Of a stretch of 53,631 nucleotides of DNA, positions 1 to 7,864 are shown piece by piece. Positions within the stretch are counted from its first letter, which is position 1. Each line of letters starts with the position of its first letter. The stretch is from a virus (taxonomy: Duplodnaviria > Caudoviricetes): positions 1 through 53,631 of IMG/VR virus record IMGVR_UViG_3300031749_000457, one strand, 5' to 3'. The notes beneath the pieces were generated by a model. The model made no database searches. It was not told the origin of the DNA and worked only from the letters and a program-made list of their open reading frames with translations. Made by a program: the position numbers and the translations under genes.

Positions 1-170
1 TAAATTACCAAGTGGATTATTGTAGCAACTTCTGTCTAAGCCTTTAGAACTTATTGACATCTAAAAATATTTGGTTAAATAAAAAATAGAAATATTTTTT
101 TATATTTAATTTACGCAGATGTAATAAAAGAAAATAATTTTAAACAGAAGTTTAATTAGGATTAAATAAA

Positions 171-3100
171 TTGGAAATAGAGAAGTATTTGACGCAGAAG
201 GAGTTAGACAGCATTGTTTCGGAGCTTAAGACTCCTGAGGAAGTTGATTTGTTTCTCAGGAGTTTAGAGGAGATGTTTATTGAGGGGACAAGTAGGGTTA
301 AGGAGGAATTAGATGGTGTGGATTGGGTTGAGAGGCCTGTTGATATGGAGACTTTTCTCAGAGATCCATATTATTTAGGGATACTGGATTCGCTGTATCC
401 AAGGTTGGTGGATGATTTGCTGGAGTTGTTTGACCCGGGGAATGAGTATTATTTGGTTCTTCTTTCTGGAAGTATTGGGTGGGGGAAATGCCTTGCTGGG
501 GATAGTTTGGTTTGGACGGACAAGGGGCCAGTGCCGATAAATAGGATTGTTCGGGATGGTTTAGGAGTGGAGGTTTATGGTGTTGATGATGGGTATAGGT
601 TGGTCAGGGCAAGGTGTGTTGGTAGTGTGTCGAGTGGGGTTAAGCCTGTTTATAGATTGAGGCTTGCGAGTGGGTGTGAAATAAAGGCTACGGATGAGCA
701 TCCTGTTTTAACGGGGGATGGGTGGAAGAGGTTGAAGGATTTGATTTCTGGTGATTTGGTTGCGACTGCCCGGAGGCTTCCTCTTTCAAGCAGGAAAGTG
801 AAAGAGAGAGAAATAATTGATAATTTGATTAAATTTCTCGCATATATGACTGCTGATGGTGCTACGGGGGAGTATCAGTCTGGTAAATCGAAATCGTTAT
901 CGTGTAGATTTACGAAGGGAAAAGAGGAGATTCTTGAAGATTTTAGAGAAGTATGTTTGGCTCTTGGTTCTTCTAAAATAAGTTGTGTAGAGAAAAGGGG
1001 TAAAGTAGAAGTATTAGAGCCGAATGGAATGAGGGATGTATTAAGAGAACATGGTTTAGCTGGGAATAGGTCTAAGACTAAAAGAATACCTGCTTCGGTG
1101 TGGAGGTATGGGGATGAAGGGGTGGCTCTTTTCCTGAACAGGTTATTTTGGTGTGACGGGAATGTGAATAATGGGAATCCCCCTAAAATTGAATATGATA
1201 CAAGTTCGGAGAGGTTGGCCGATGATATTATTATGGCTTTAAAAGTTCTTGGCATTCATGGGAGGAAGTATGGACGGGTAGTAAGGAATCAGTATGAAGG
1301 GAGGGAGTTTAAGGCGTGGAGAGTTTACATCTCTGGGGTAACGGAATTGGGGAAGTTTTTTGATAAGGTTGGTTGGGGGATTGATGGGAAGGATAATAAA
1401 TTTAGAGATAATATTAAGAAAGTGAAGCCAAACAGTAATGTTGATGTAATACCGATAGATTATGAAAGATTGAAGGAATTGAGAAAAGCAGTTGGCGGTA
1501 TGAGTAAATTTCTTTGGAATCGAATCAGATTTCCTAAAGGCCAATTGATGGGTAGGATGAAGTGGAATCAGGTCCTACCTCTATTAGGTGGTAGGGTTCC
1601 GAAGGAGTTTCTCAGGTTGGGGAGTGAAGATGTTTTTTGGGATAGGGTAAAATCGGTGGAGTTTGTTGGTGAGGAGGAGGTTTTTGATTTGGATATTCCT
1701 GCTACGAGAAATTTTATTGCCAATGGTGTGATTGTGCATAATAGCACGCTGGCGGAGGTGGCGATGGCGAGGATAATTTATGAGGTATCGTGTTATAGGA
1801 ATCCGCAGAAGGTGTATGGGATGATGGAGTCGGACAAGATGTTTTTTGCTAACATCTCGGTAACTCACTCACAGGCGAAGAGGGTGGTGTTTGAGGGTTT
1901 GAAGGGGAAGATAAAGAATAGTGAATATTTTAGGAAGGTGTTTCCGTATGAGGAGTTTGCGGCGGAGTTGAGGTTTCCGAATAATATACTGGTGGCGGCG
2001 GCGACGCAGACGCAGGTTTTGGGTATGAATACGTTTGCGGCGATTATGGATGAGGCGAATTTTATGACGGTGACAGAGGGTGGGCCGTCGATGAAGTTTA
2101 AGGGGAAGAGGGTGTATGACCAGGCGGAGGTGGTTTTCCAGGCACTTTATAGGAGGATGGAGACGAGGTTTATGAAGAGGGGGATGTTGCCTGGGAAACT
2201 GATTGCAATATCGAGTGCGCAGTATCCGGAGGATTTTATGGAGCGAAAGATTGAGATGTATAAGGATAACCCTCATGCTTTTATCAGGCAGTATGCGGTG
2301 TGGGAGACGGTGCCAAGGTCAAGGTATCTTGGGCCGACGTTTTCGGTGCTGTTTAATCGGGAGACGGGGATGGGGAGGATAGCGGAAGAAGGAGAGAGGC
2401 CGACGGATGAGGAGGAGGAGATTGCGGGGATTCCAATAGAATACAGGCATGATTTTGAGGTGGATATGGAGGGGAGTCTCAGAGATTTAGGAGGGAGAGC
2501 GACCGCAGCAATTGAGCCGTTTATCATGAGGAGGGACAAGATATATGCGATGTGTGACCCGGAGAGGCGGCATCCTTACAGTCTGTATGAGACGACGCTG
2601 AGGGATGGAGGATATATACTGAAGGATATTTTGTGTGAGTGGTATGAGGACAGGGATGAGAAGGGGAATATTGTGAGGAGCGGCTGGAGGCCGAAGGTTA
2701 ATCCAAAAGCAAAGCGGGTGGTCCACATTGATCCATCTCTGTCAATGGATGCCGCAGGGCTTATAATGGGGCATGTTAGTCACTGGGAAGAAAGGCAGAG
2801 AGTAAGGGTAGTTCAGGTAATAGACCCTGTATCTGGTGAGAAAAAGCTGACGAGAGAGGTTTATTCGGAAACTGTGCCTGTAATCTGGATTGACCTGATA
2901 CTGAGGATTGTTCCGCCTCCAAATGGTGAAATAATACTGAACGATGTTAGGGAACTGATTTATGAGTTGAGGAGTTTGGGGTTTCAGATTGGGGTGATAA
3001 CGATGGATTCGTTCCAGTCGAGGGATACGATGCAAATGCTTGCAGCGAAGGGGTTCAGGGTTGAGGAGCTCAGTGTGGATACAAATATTGAGCCTTATAA

Positions 3101-3392
3101 CAGGATGAGGATGGCGATGTATGAGGACAGGATTCTGGCTTACACTCATGATGTGCTGATTAAGGAGCTGAAGGGGTTGGAGAGGAACAAGAAAAAGGGA
3201 AAGGTGGACCATCCCAAGCATTCAAGCAAGGACTTGGCGGATGCACTGGCTGGGGTGGTCTATAACTGTGAGACCAAGATATTTGGGGAGCCTGTAGCCC
3301 CATCTCTTGGGATTGTGGAGTCTCCGTTTGATGAGGAGGTTGAGAGGAGAAAGAAGGAGGTGGAGTGGCTCCTTGACAGGAGGAAGGAGTGA
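171..3392 (+). CDS. terL: Terminase large subunit precursor containing an intein (about 655 aa after splicing)
   Basis: Walker A split by the intein (GSIGWGK|STLAE), Walker B AAIMDEANF, coupling motif ISSA, nuclease motifs VHIDPSL and DHPKHSSKDLADALAG; lies upstream of portal; TTG start. Confidence 0.93.
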   Translation: MEIEKYLTQKELDSIVSELKTPEEVDLFLRSLEEMFIEGTSRVKEELDGVDWVERPVDMETFLRDPYYLGILDSLYPRLVDDLLELFDPGNEYYLVLLSGSIGWGKCLAGDSLVWTDKGPVPINRIVRDGLGVEVYGVDDGYRLVRARCVGSVSSGVKPVYRLRLASGCEIKATDEHPVLTGDGWKRLKDLISGDLVATARRLPLSSRKVKEREIIDNLIKFLAYMTADGATGEYQSGKSKSLSCRFTKGKEEILEDFREVCLALGSSKISCVEKRGKVEVLEPNGMRDVLREHGLAGNRSKTKRIPASVWRYGDEGVALFLNRLFWCDGNVNNGNPPKIEYDTSSERLADDIIMALKVLGIHGRKYGRVVRNQYEGREFKAWRVYISGVTELGKFFDKVGWGIDGKDNKFRDNIKKVKPNSNVDVIPIDYERLKELRKAVGGMSKFLWNRIRFPKGQLMGRMKWNQVLPLLGGRVPKEFLRLGSEDVFWDRVKSVEFVGEEEVFDLDIPATRNFIANGVIVHNSTLAEVAMARIIYEVSCYRNPQKVYGMMESDKMFFANISVTHSQAKRVVFEGLKGKIKNSEYFRKVFPYEEFAAELRFPNNILVAAATQTQVLGMNTFAAIMDEANFMTVTEGGPSMKFKGKRVYDQAEVVFQALYRRMETRFMKRGMLPGKLIAISSAQYPEDFMERKIEMYKDNPHAFIRQYAVWETVPRSRYLGPTFSVLFNRETGMGRIAEEGERPTDEEEEIAGIPIEYRHDFEVDMEGSLRDLGGRATAAIEPFIMRRDKIYAMCDPERRHPYSLYETTLRDGGYILKDILCEWYEDRDEKGNIVRSGWRPKVNPKAKRVVHIDPSLSMDAAGLIMGHVSHWEERQRVRVVQVIDPVSGEKKLTREVYSETVPVIWIDLILRIVPPPNGEIILNDVRELIYELRSLGFQIGVITMDSFQSRDTMQMLAAKGFRVEELSVDTNIEPYNRMRMAMYEDRILAYTHDVLIKELKGLERNKKKGKVDHPKHSSKDLADALAGVVYNCETKIFGEPVAPSLGIVESPFDEEVERRKKEVEWLLDRRKE
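489..1742 (+). mobile_element. Intein (418 aa) with LAGLIDADG homing endonuclease in terL Walker A
   Basis: Starts CLAGDSLV, block B IKATDEHPVLT, LAGLIDADG-like LAYMTADG and LFWCDG, ends VFDLDIPATRNFIANGVIVHN followed by Ser. Confidence 0.93.
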
Positions 3393-3565
3393 TTTGTCCA
3401 CATTGTAAAAATATATATACCCCAAAGAAGGTTTTGGATACGTGGATGTTGAAAAATGGGATGAAGAAGAGAAAGAGATTGTGCTCTAAGTGTAAAAAAA
3501 CTTTTTACACAATCGAAATGGTTTCGGTGCCAAAGAATATGGTTATTGGTAAGGTCCATAGGTAG
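3389..3565 (+). CDS. 58-aa zinc-ribbon protein (NrdR N-terminal / Ogr-Delta-like), possible transcription regulator
   Basis: Not in ORF track; GTG start overlaps terL stop (GTGA), SD GGAAGGAG; MICPHC...KVLDT...KRKRLCSKCKKTFYTIE resembles the NrdR Zn ribbon (CPxC..KVxDSR..RRRRxCxxCxxRFTTxE). Confidence 0.75.
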   Translation: MICPHCKNIYTPKKVLDTWMLKNGMKKRKRLCSKCKKTFYTIEMVSVPKNMVIGKVHR

Positions 3566-3603
3566 GTGAAAGAGAGCAGGTTATACGGATATACAGGCAA
3601 AAA

Positions 3604-3664
3604 TGCCATATATGGCAATTTACTTAATTAGAGGTATTGACAACTTAAAAAATTAATTTATTTT
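3604..3664 (+). promoter_or_regulatory. 14-bp palindrome plus candidate sigma70 promoter for the head operon
   Basis: TGCCATATATGGCA at 3604-3617; TTGACA at 3637-3642 and TATTTT at 3659-3664 (16-bp spacer). Confidence 0.45.
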
Positions 3665-3713
3665 GGGAGTAAGTTGTATGGTATTGATATAAAATTATTT
3701 TTAGTAGTTTAGC

Positions 3714-3765
3714 CAAAAAAGACGCCTTATGGTGTTTGAGTGCCTGAGGCGTCTTTTTTGTTTTT
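3714..3765 (+). terminator. Intrinsic terminator/attenuator-like hairpin upstream of portal
   Basis: Perfect 14-bp stem CAAAAAAGACGCCT (3714-3727) / AGGCGTCTTTTTTG (3747-3760), followed by more Ts. Confidence 0.7.
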
Positions 3766-3779
3766 AGGGGGAGAAGAAC

Positions 3780-5339
3780 TTGGATATAAAAATTAATTTC
3801 CCGCTGATTAAGAAAATAAGCTCGATTATTTCGAAGCAGGCGCCGGAGCAACCAAAAAGGGAAGAAACTACAGAGACGAGCACCTACAGCGGTGTGGTTT
3901 CGTATTATTACCAGAAGACGAAGCTCGAGAGGACGAGGCTTGCTAAATACGGTGATTATGAAGAGATGGATGAAAATTACCCAGAAATTAGCTCATCGCT
4001 TGACCTCTATGCCGATAATGCTACGAAAGAGAGAGGGCAGTCTGGAGAGGTGATAGAAATTAAGTCCAGTGATTCGGCAGCTAAGAACTGCCTTGACGAG
4101 CTTATTGGAAGATTGAACCTGAATGATACTCTGTGGGATACGGCAAGGAATATGGCAAAGATGGGGGACGATTTTGATGAAGTGGTCTGTGACGAAAGTG
4201 GTGATGTTGTGTATCTGAAGAATCTTCCTGCAAGGTCGATGTTTGTTGAAGTGGATGAGTATGGGAGGCTGAAAGAAAAACCTTATGTTCAGAAGGATGA
4301 GACTGGTTCGATAGAGCTATGCAGGTTCGAGCCTTGGCAGATTATCCACTGGAAAAACGGTGGGATGAAGAGGCTGTATGGCGAAAGTGTGATGAAGTCA
4401 ATTCGCAGAGTCTATAAACAGCTCCAGATGATGGAAGATGGGATGGTGATAGCCAGGCTTACAAGGTCTCATATGAGATATAAGATACTGGTAGATGTGG
4501 AAGGGATGACGGCGGAGGAGAGAGAGGAATATTTAAGGAAAATTAAGAATGAATTCAAGAAGAAAAGGCTGATCAACCCGATAACTGGACAGTTGGAAAC
4601 GAGTCAGAACCCATTAAGCGCAGAGGAAGATTTTTACATAGGGGTTACGAAAGATTCGAAGGCAGATGTGGATGTGCTTCAGGGAGCTACGAATCTTGGG
4701 AATATCAGGGATGTGGAGTATTTTCAGACAAAGCTGTTTGCCGGGTTGAAGGTGCCTAAAGCTTTTGTAGGGTTAGAGAAGGAGGTCAAGGCTAAAGCTA
4801 CGATTGTGGAGGAGGACATACAGTTTGCAAGGACGGTTGGAAGGATAAGAAAAGGATTGAGGATTGGGCTGAAGAAACTGTTTGATTACCAGTTGATGGT
4901 TAGAGGAATAGCTCCCGTGAGGGGGCTTTACGAGATTCATTTCGCTCCTATCTCGATGGTGGATGAGATGAGGAAGTGGACGATAGAGAAGCTGAAGGCA
5001 GAGATTGCAAAGACTTATATGATTGATATGGGAATTTTAACGGATGAGTTCATTTTGAAATACTATGTCGGACTCAGCGATGAAGAGATAGAAAGACTGA
5101 AAGGAAGTAAGCTAAAGACTACGGCTAAATCCACAGGTAGTGGGCTTGGGAGAACAACTTCGATTAGGGCTGGTGAGATGAGTGGACTGGCAACGCCTAA
5201 ATTCAGTGGAATGTCGACAGCGACGAAGGTAGAAGGTGGAAATGGGCTTGATAGGGATAATCTCCATATTGCTACGCTTCACATGATGAATCTTGTTGAG
5301 ACACTGAGGGATTTGGTTGATTTGGAGTTAAATCGGTGA
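3780..5339 (+). CDS. Portal protein, T4 gp20-like
   Basis: YEEMDENYPEISSSLDLYAD, YGESVMKSIRRVYKQLQMMEDGMVIARLTR, VDVEGM, EEDFYI, NLGNIRDVEYFQTKLFAGLKVPK match T4-type portal motifs. Confidence 0.9.
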   Translation: MDIKINFPLIKKISSIISKQAPEQPKREETTETSTYSGVVSYYYQKTKLERTRLAKYGDYEEMDENYPEISSSLDLYADNATKERGQSGEVIEIKSSDSAAKNCLDELIGRLNLNDTLWDTARNMAKMGDDFDEVVCDESGDVVYLKNLPARSMFVEVDEYGRLKEKPYVQKDETGSIELCRFEPWQIIHWKNGGMKRLYGESVMKSIRRVYKQLQMMEDGMVIARLTRSHMRYKILVDVEGMTAEEREEYLRKIKNEFKKKRLINPITGQLETSQNPLSAEEDFYIGVTKDSKADVDVLQGATNLGNIRDVEYFQTKLFAGLKVPKAFVGLEKEVKAKATIVEEDIQFARTVGRIRKGLRIGLKKLFDYQLMVRGIAPVRGLYEIHFAPISMVDEMRKWTIEKLKAEIAKTYMIDMGILTDEFILKYYVGLSDEEIERLKGSKLKTTAKSTGSGLGRTTSIRAGEMSGLATPKFSGMSTATKVEGGNGLDRDNLHIATLHMMNLVETLRDLVDLELNR

Positions 5340-5394
5340 TGAATTTACAGAGCTATACACTGATAAAAGATATCTCCTCTGAAGTTTTGACTAT
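5337..5394 (+). repeat. 58-bp exact direct repeat, copy 1 (encodes the shared leader)
   Basis: TGATGAATTTACAGAGCTATACACTGATAAAAGATATCTCCTCTGAAGTTTTGACTAT identical to 12747-12804. Confidence 0.95.
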
Positions 5395-6130
5395 CCTATT
5401 TGAGGGTGGTCCCGGTAGTGGTCATTGGGGACATAAGGGCAGACCAGGTCATAGGGGCGGTTCGTTACCAAGTGAGACAAGACTGAAAGGTAGTGGCATA
5501 GCTACGAAGTTTTTTGGTATTGAAGGAGCTGTTAAAAGGGTTGCGAGTAGGTATGGTTTTGAAGCGAATTTTAGTGTTCAAGCAATAGATGAATGGGACC
5601 CACCGAGGATATTTTATACAGTTAATTTTTTTGATAAGAAGAAAAAAGAAGGTATGCGGGAGGTTGGTTTTTTTACTTTTAACTTCGCCCCTGAAGTTGG
5701 GTATCTTGAGAATTTTTCTATAAGAGGGGAATACCAGGGAAAAGGATTTGGTGGTGATGTGGTAGAGGGAGTTTTGAAAGTTGCTAAGAAGGCTGGGGTT
5801 AGTTCAATTGTTTTGGATGCTGCAGGGGATGGTCAGATAGGAAGTTATGCTTGGGCAGCTATGGGTTGGAATATTGAGGATGATAACCACAGGAAAGAAT
5901 TATGTAATAAGTTTAAAGCTCATCTTTCACGTATTGGAGTAGATACGGAGAAGGTTAATATTGAAAACGTTTGGGACATAGCCTCATTTGTTCATAATGG
6001 GGAGAAGGTTGGGAAAAAGTTTTTAATTGAAGATGTAAGAATGTGGAGAGGTGCTTTTGACCTAAAAGATAATTCAATGAGTTGGAAGATTTTTAATAAT
6101 TATATGGAAAAAAGGAAAGTAAGTAAATGA
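5339..6130 (+). CDS. Leader + GGPGSG motif + GNAT-family acetyltransferase (putative virion cargo)
   Basis: ATG at 5339 overlaps portal stop; leader MNLQSYTLIKDISSEVLTILFE; acetyl-CoA motif EYQGKGFG and GSYAWAAMGW. Confidence 0.75.
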   Translation: MNLQSYTLIKDISSEVLTILFEGGPGSGHWGHKGRPGHRGGSLPSETRLKGSGIATKFFGIEGAVKRVASRYGFEANFSVQAIDEWDPPRIFYTVNFFDKKKKEGMREVGFFTFNFAPEVGYLENFSIRGEYQGKGFGGDVVEGVLKVAKKAGVSSIVLDAAGDGQIGSYAWAAMGWNIEDDNHRKELCNKFKAHLSRIGVDTEKVNIENVWDIASFVHNGEKVGKKFLIEDVRMWRGAFDLKDNSMSWKIFNNYMEKRKVSK

Positions 6131-6249
6131 CTAAGGAATTGGTAAATAAAGACTCTGCTGAATTTCATAAAGAACTTCTTGATAATGAGGATGAAATCAT
6201 TGATGGAATTAAGAAGATTATAGCTAATAGAGATAAAAAAAAAGAGTAA
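6127..6249 (+). CDS. 40-aa charged protein coupled to the GNAT gene (possible partner/antitoxin)
   Basis: ATGA overlap upstream and TAATG overlap downstream; MTKELVNKDSAEFHKELLDNEDEIIDGIKKIIANRDKKKE. Confidence 0.6.
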   Translation: MTKELVNKDSAEFHKELLDNEDEIIDGIKKIIANRDKKKE

Positions 6250-7571
6250 TGAATAGTTATTTTCTTATAAAAGATATTTCCTCGGAGATTTTAGAAAGTG
6301 TATTAAACGCTGATAGGAGTAGAGTTTCCGAGCAGGATGAGAATAAGAAAAGAAGCGTAGGCTTTATAGATACGAATCTTGGGATTGACCATGTGATCGC
6401 AGTGTCAAAGGATTTTGACACTTACCTGTATATTGATGGAGGTGGGGCTTTCCCTTCGATTGAGAATAACTGCACGGGAGATGGTTTTGCTGGCATAAAG
6501 AAGGTAGATGATATTGGAGGGGTAATCGATAAGGATTTGATAGTGATTACGGATTGCTATTACGGAGGTTTGGCTGATTATTTGAGAAGAAAGGGAAGAA
6601 GAGTATTTGGAGCAAGTCTTGAGTGGACAAGGATAGAGAACGACAGGGTTTATGGATGGAAAAGACTCAAAGAGATGGGAGTTGGAGTTCCGAAAGGAAC
6701 GGTAGTGAAAGGGCTTGATGGTCTGCTTAACTACATCAGAAAGAATCAGGATGGGAAGAGGGTCTTTTTCATAAAGATAAGCAAATACAGGGGAAACAAG
6801 GAAACTGGAGGAAGTGTTTTAAATGATAGTGAAGCAATGACGGCAATAACTCAGGCAGGGTTTGGACCGTATTTGAAGGATTTGGAGATACTGGTTCAGG
6901 ATAGGTGTCCTGGGGTTGAATTGGGGTTTGATGCGTTTTTTAGCGGGGATTTTTTGAGACCGTATTTCTATACAATCGAAGTTAAGGGAAGCGGGACTGT
7001 TGCGAAGGTAGTAGAAACTTGTGCGATTGATGACCTGATACTGAATAAGATTAAACCCTCACTGGTTGAGACGGATTACAGGGGGAATATATCGTTTGAG
7101 TTCTTTTATGATGGAGAGAAAGTTTATGTAATAGACGTCTGCTCAAGAAACCCTTATCCTTGTTCTTCTATTCAGGCTCATTTCATCAAGAATTATTCCG
7201 ATGTGCTGTGGGCAATTGGTTCAAAGAATAACATAAGGCTTGAAATTGATAAGAAATATTATGCTCAGGTTGGGGTATATACGGATGAGCCTGATACATG
7301 GAGAGTCATTCACTTTCCCAATAAGATTCGAGACAGGGTGGGGTTTAGAAGAGTTGTTATAAAGGATGGTCAGTATTATTTTGTGCCTGGGGATACTGTT
7401 GTTGCTACGGCTGTTGGTATGGGAGATACCCCCGAGGAAGCGATTAAGGATGCTGGCTCAATTGCAGAGCAGATAGAGTGCAGCAATACTTACGTGCCGG
7501 CGGATTTTTTTGATAAGGCGATGGGAGTAATTGAAGAAGTCAATAAGATGGGTAAGGGGATGGAGTTTTGA
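6249..7571 (+). CDS. Leader + PurD/GARS-like ATP-grasp ligase
   Basis: Leader MNSYFLIKDISSEILE; RVFGASLEWTRIENDR..KEMGVGVPK, ILVQDRCPGVELG and YRGNISFEFF..VYVIDVCSRNPYP resemble GARS ATP-grasp blocks. Confidence 0.7.
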   Translation: MNSYFLIKDISSEILESVLNADRSRVSEQDENKKRSVGFIDTNLGIDHVIAVSKDFDTYLYIDGGGAFPSIENNCTGDGFAGIKKVDDIGGVIDKDLIVITDCYYGGLADYLRRKGRRVFGASLEWTRIENDRVYGWKRLKEMGVGVPKGTVVKGLDGLLNYIRKNQDGKRVFFIKISKYRGNKETGGSVLNDSEAMTAITQAGFGPYLKDLEILVQDRCPGVELGFDAFFSGDFLRPYFYTIEVKGSGTVAKVVETCAIDDLILNKIKPSLVETDYRGNISFEFFYDGEKVYVIDVCSRNPYPCSSIQAHFIKNYSDVLWAIGSKNNIRLEIDKKYYAQVGVYTDEPDTWRVIHFPNKIRDRVGFRRVVIKDGQYYFVPGDTVVATAVGMGDTPEEAIKDAGSIAEQIECSNTYVPADFFDKAMGVIEEVNKMGKGMEF

Positions 7572-7864
7572 AGGTAGTATTTACGGATGTTGACCAGTGG
7601 TGCGAGGATGAATATCAGGAAGGAAGTTGGCTATCTGAGGAAACTGGTTGGTGGTATCCTGATGGAAGAATTCTGGTTTATAAGCCAGGAAATTCTTTTT
7701 TGCAGAGAATCGGGATAGCAGTGCATGAGTGTCTGGAATACATAATGATTATGAAACTGAATTGGATTAGAAACATCTCGCATTTCATAGCAAATGTGTT
7801 TGAGTTTGTAATTAGTCTTGGAACCGCAAATCAGAGCTGGGCAAGACAGGTCTGGAAGAAATGA
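7568..7864 (+). CDS. Small protein with HExxE putative metal-binding motif
   Basis: IAVHECLEY...ISHFIA; overlaps both neighbours. Confidence 0.6.
   Translation: MKVVFTDVDQWCEDEYQEGSWLSEETGWWYPDGRILVYKPGNSFLQRIGIAVHECLEYIMIMKLNWIRNISHFIANVFEFVISLGTANQSWARQVWKK

Noticed and set aside
54-82. Sigma70 promoter upstream of terL (TTGACA at 54-59)
   Set aside because: No acceptable -10 hexamer at 16-18 bp spacing
6249-7571. Calling the ATP-grasp gene purD (auxiliary purine metabolism)
   Set aside because: Lacks the canonical PurD N-terminal GxGGREHA motif, carries the cargo leader, and has no purine-pathway neighbours
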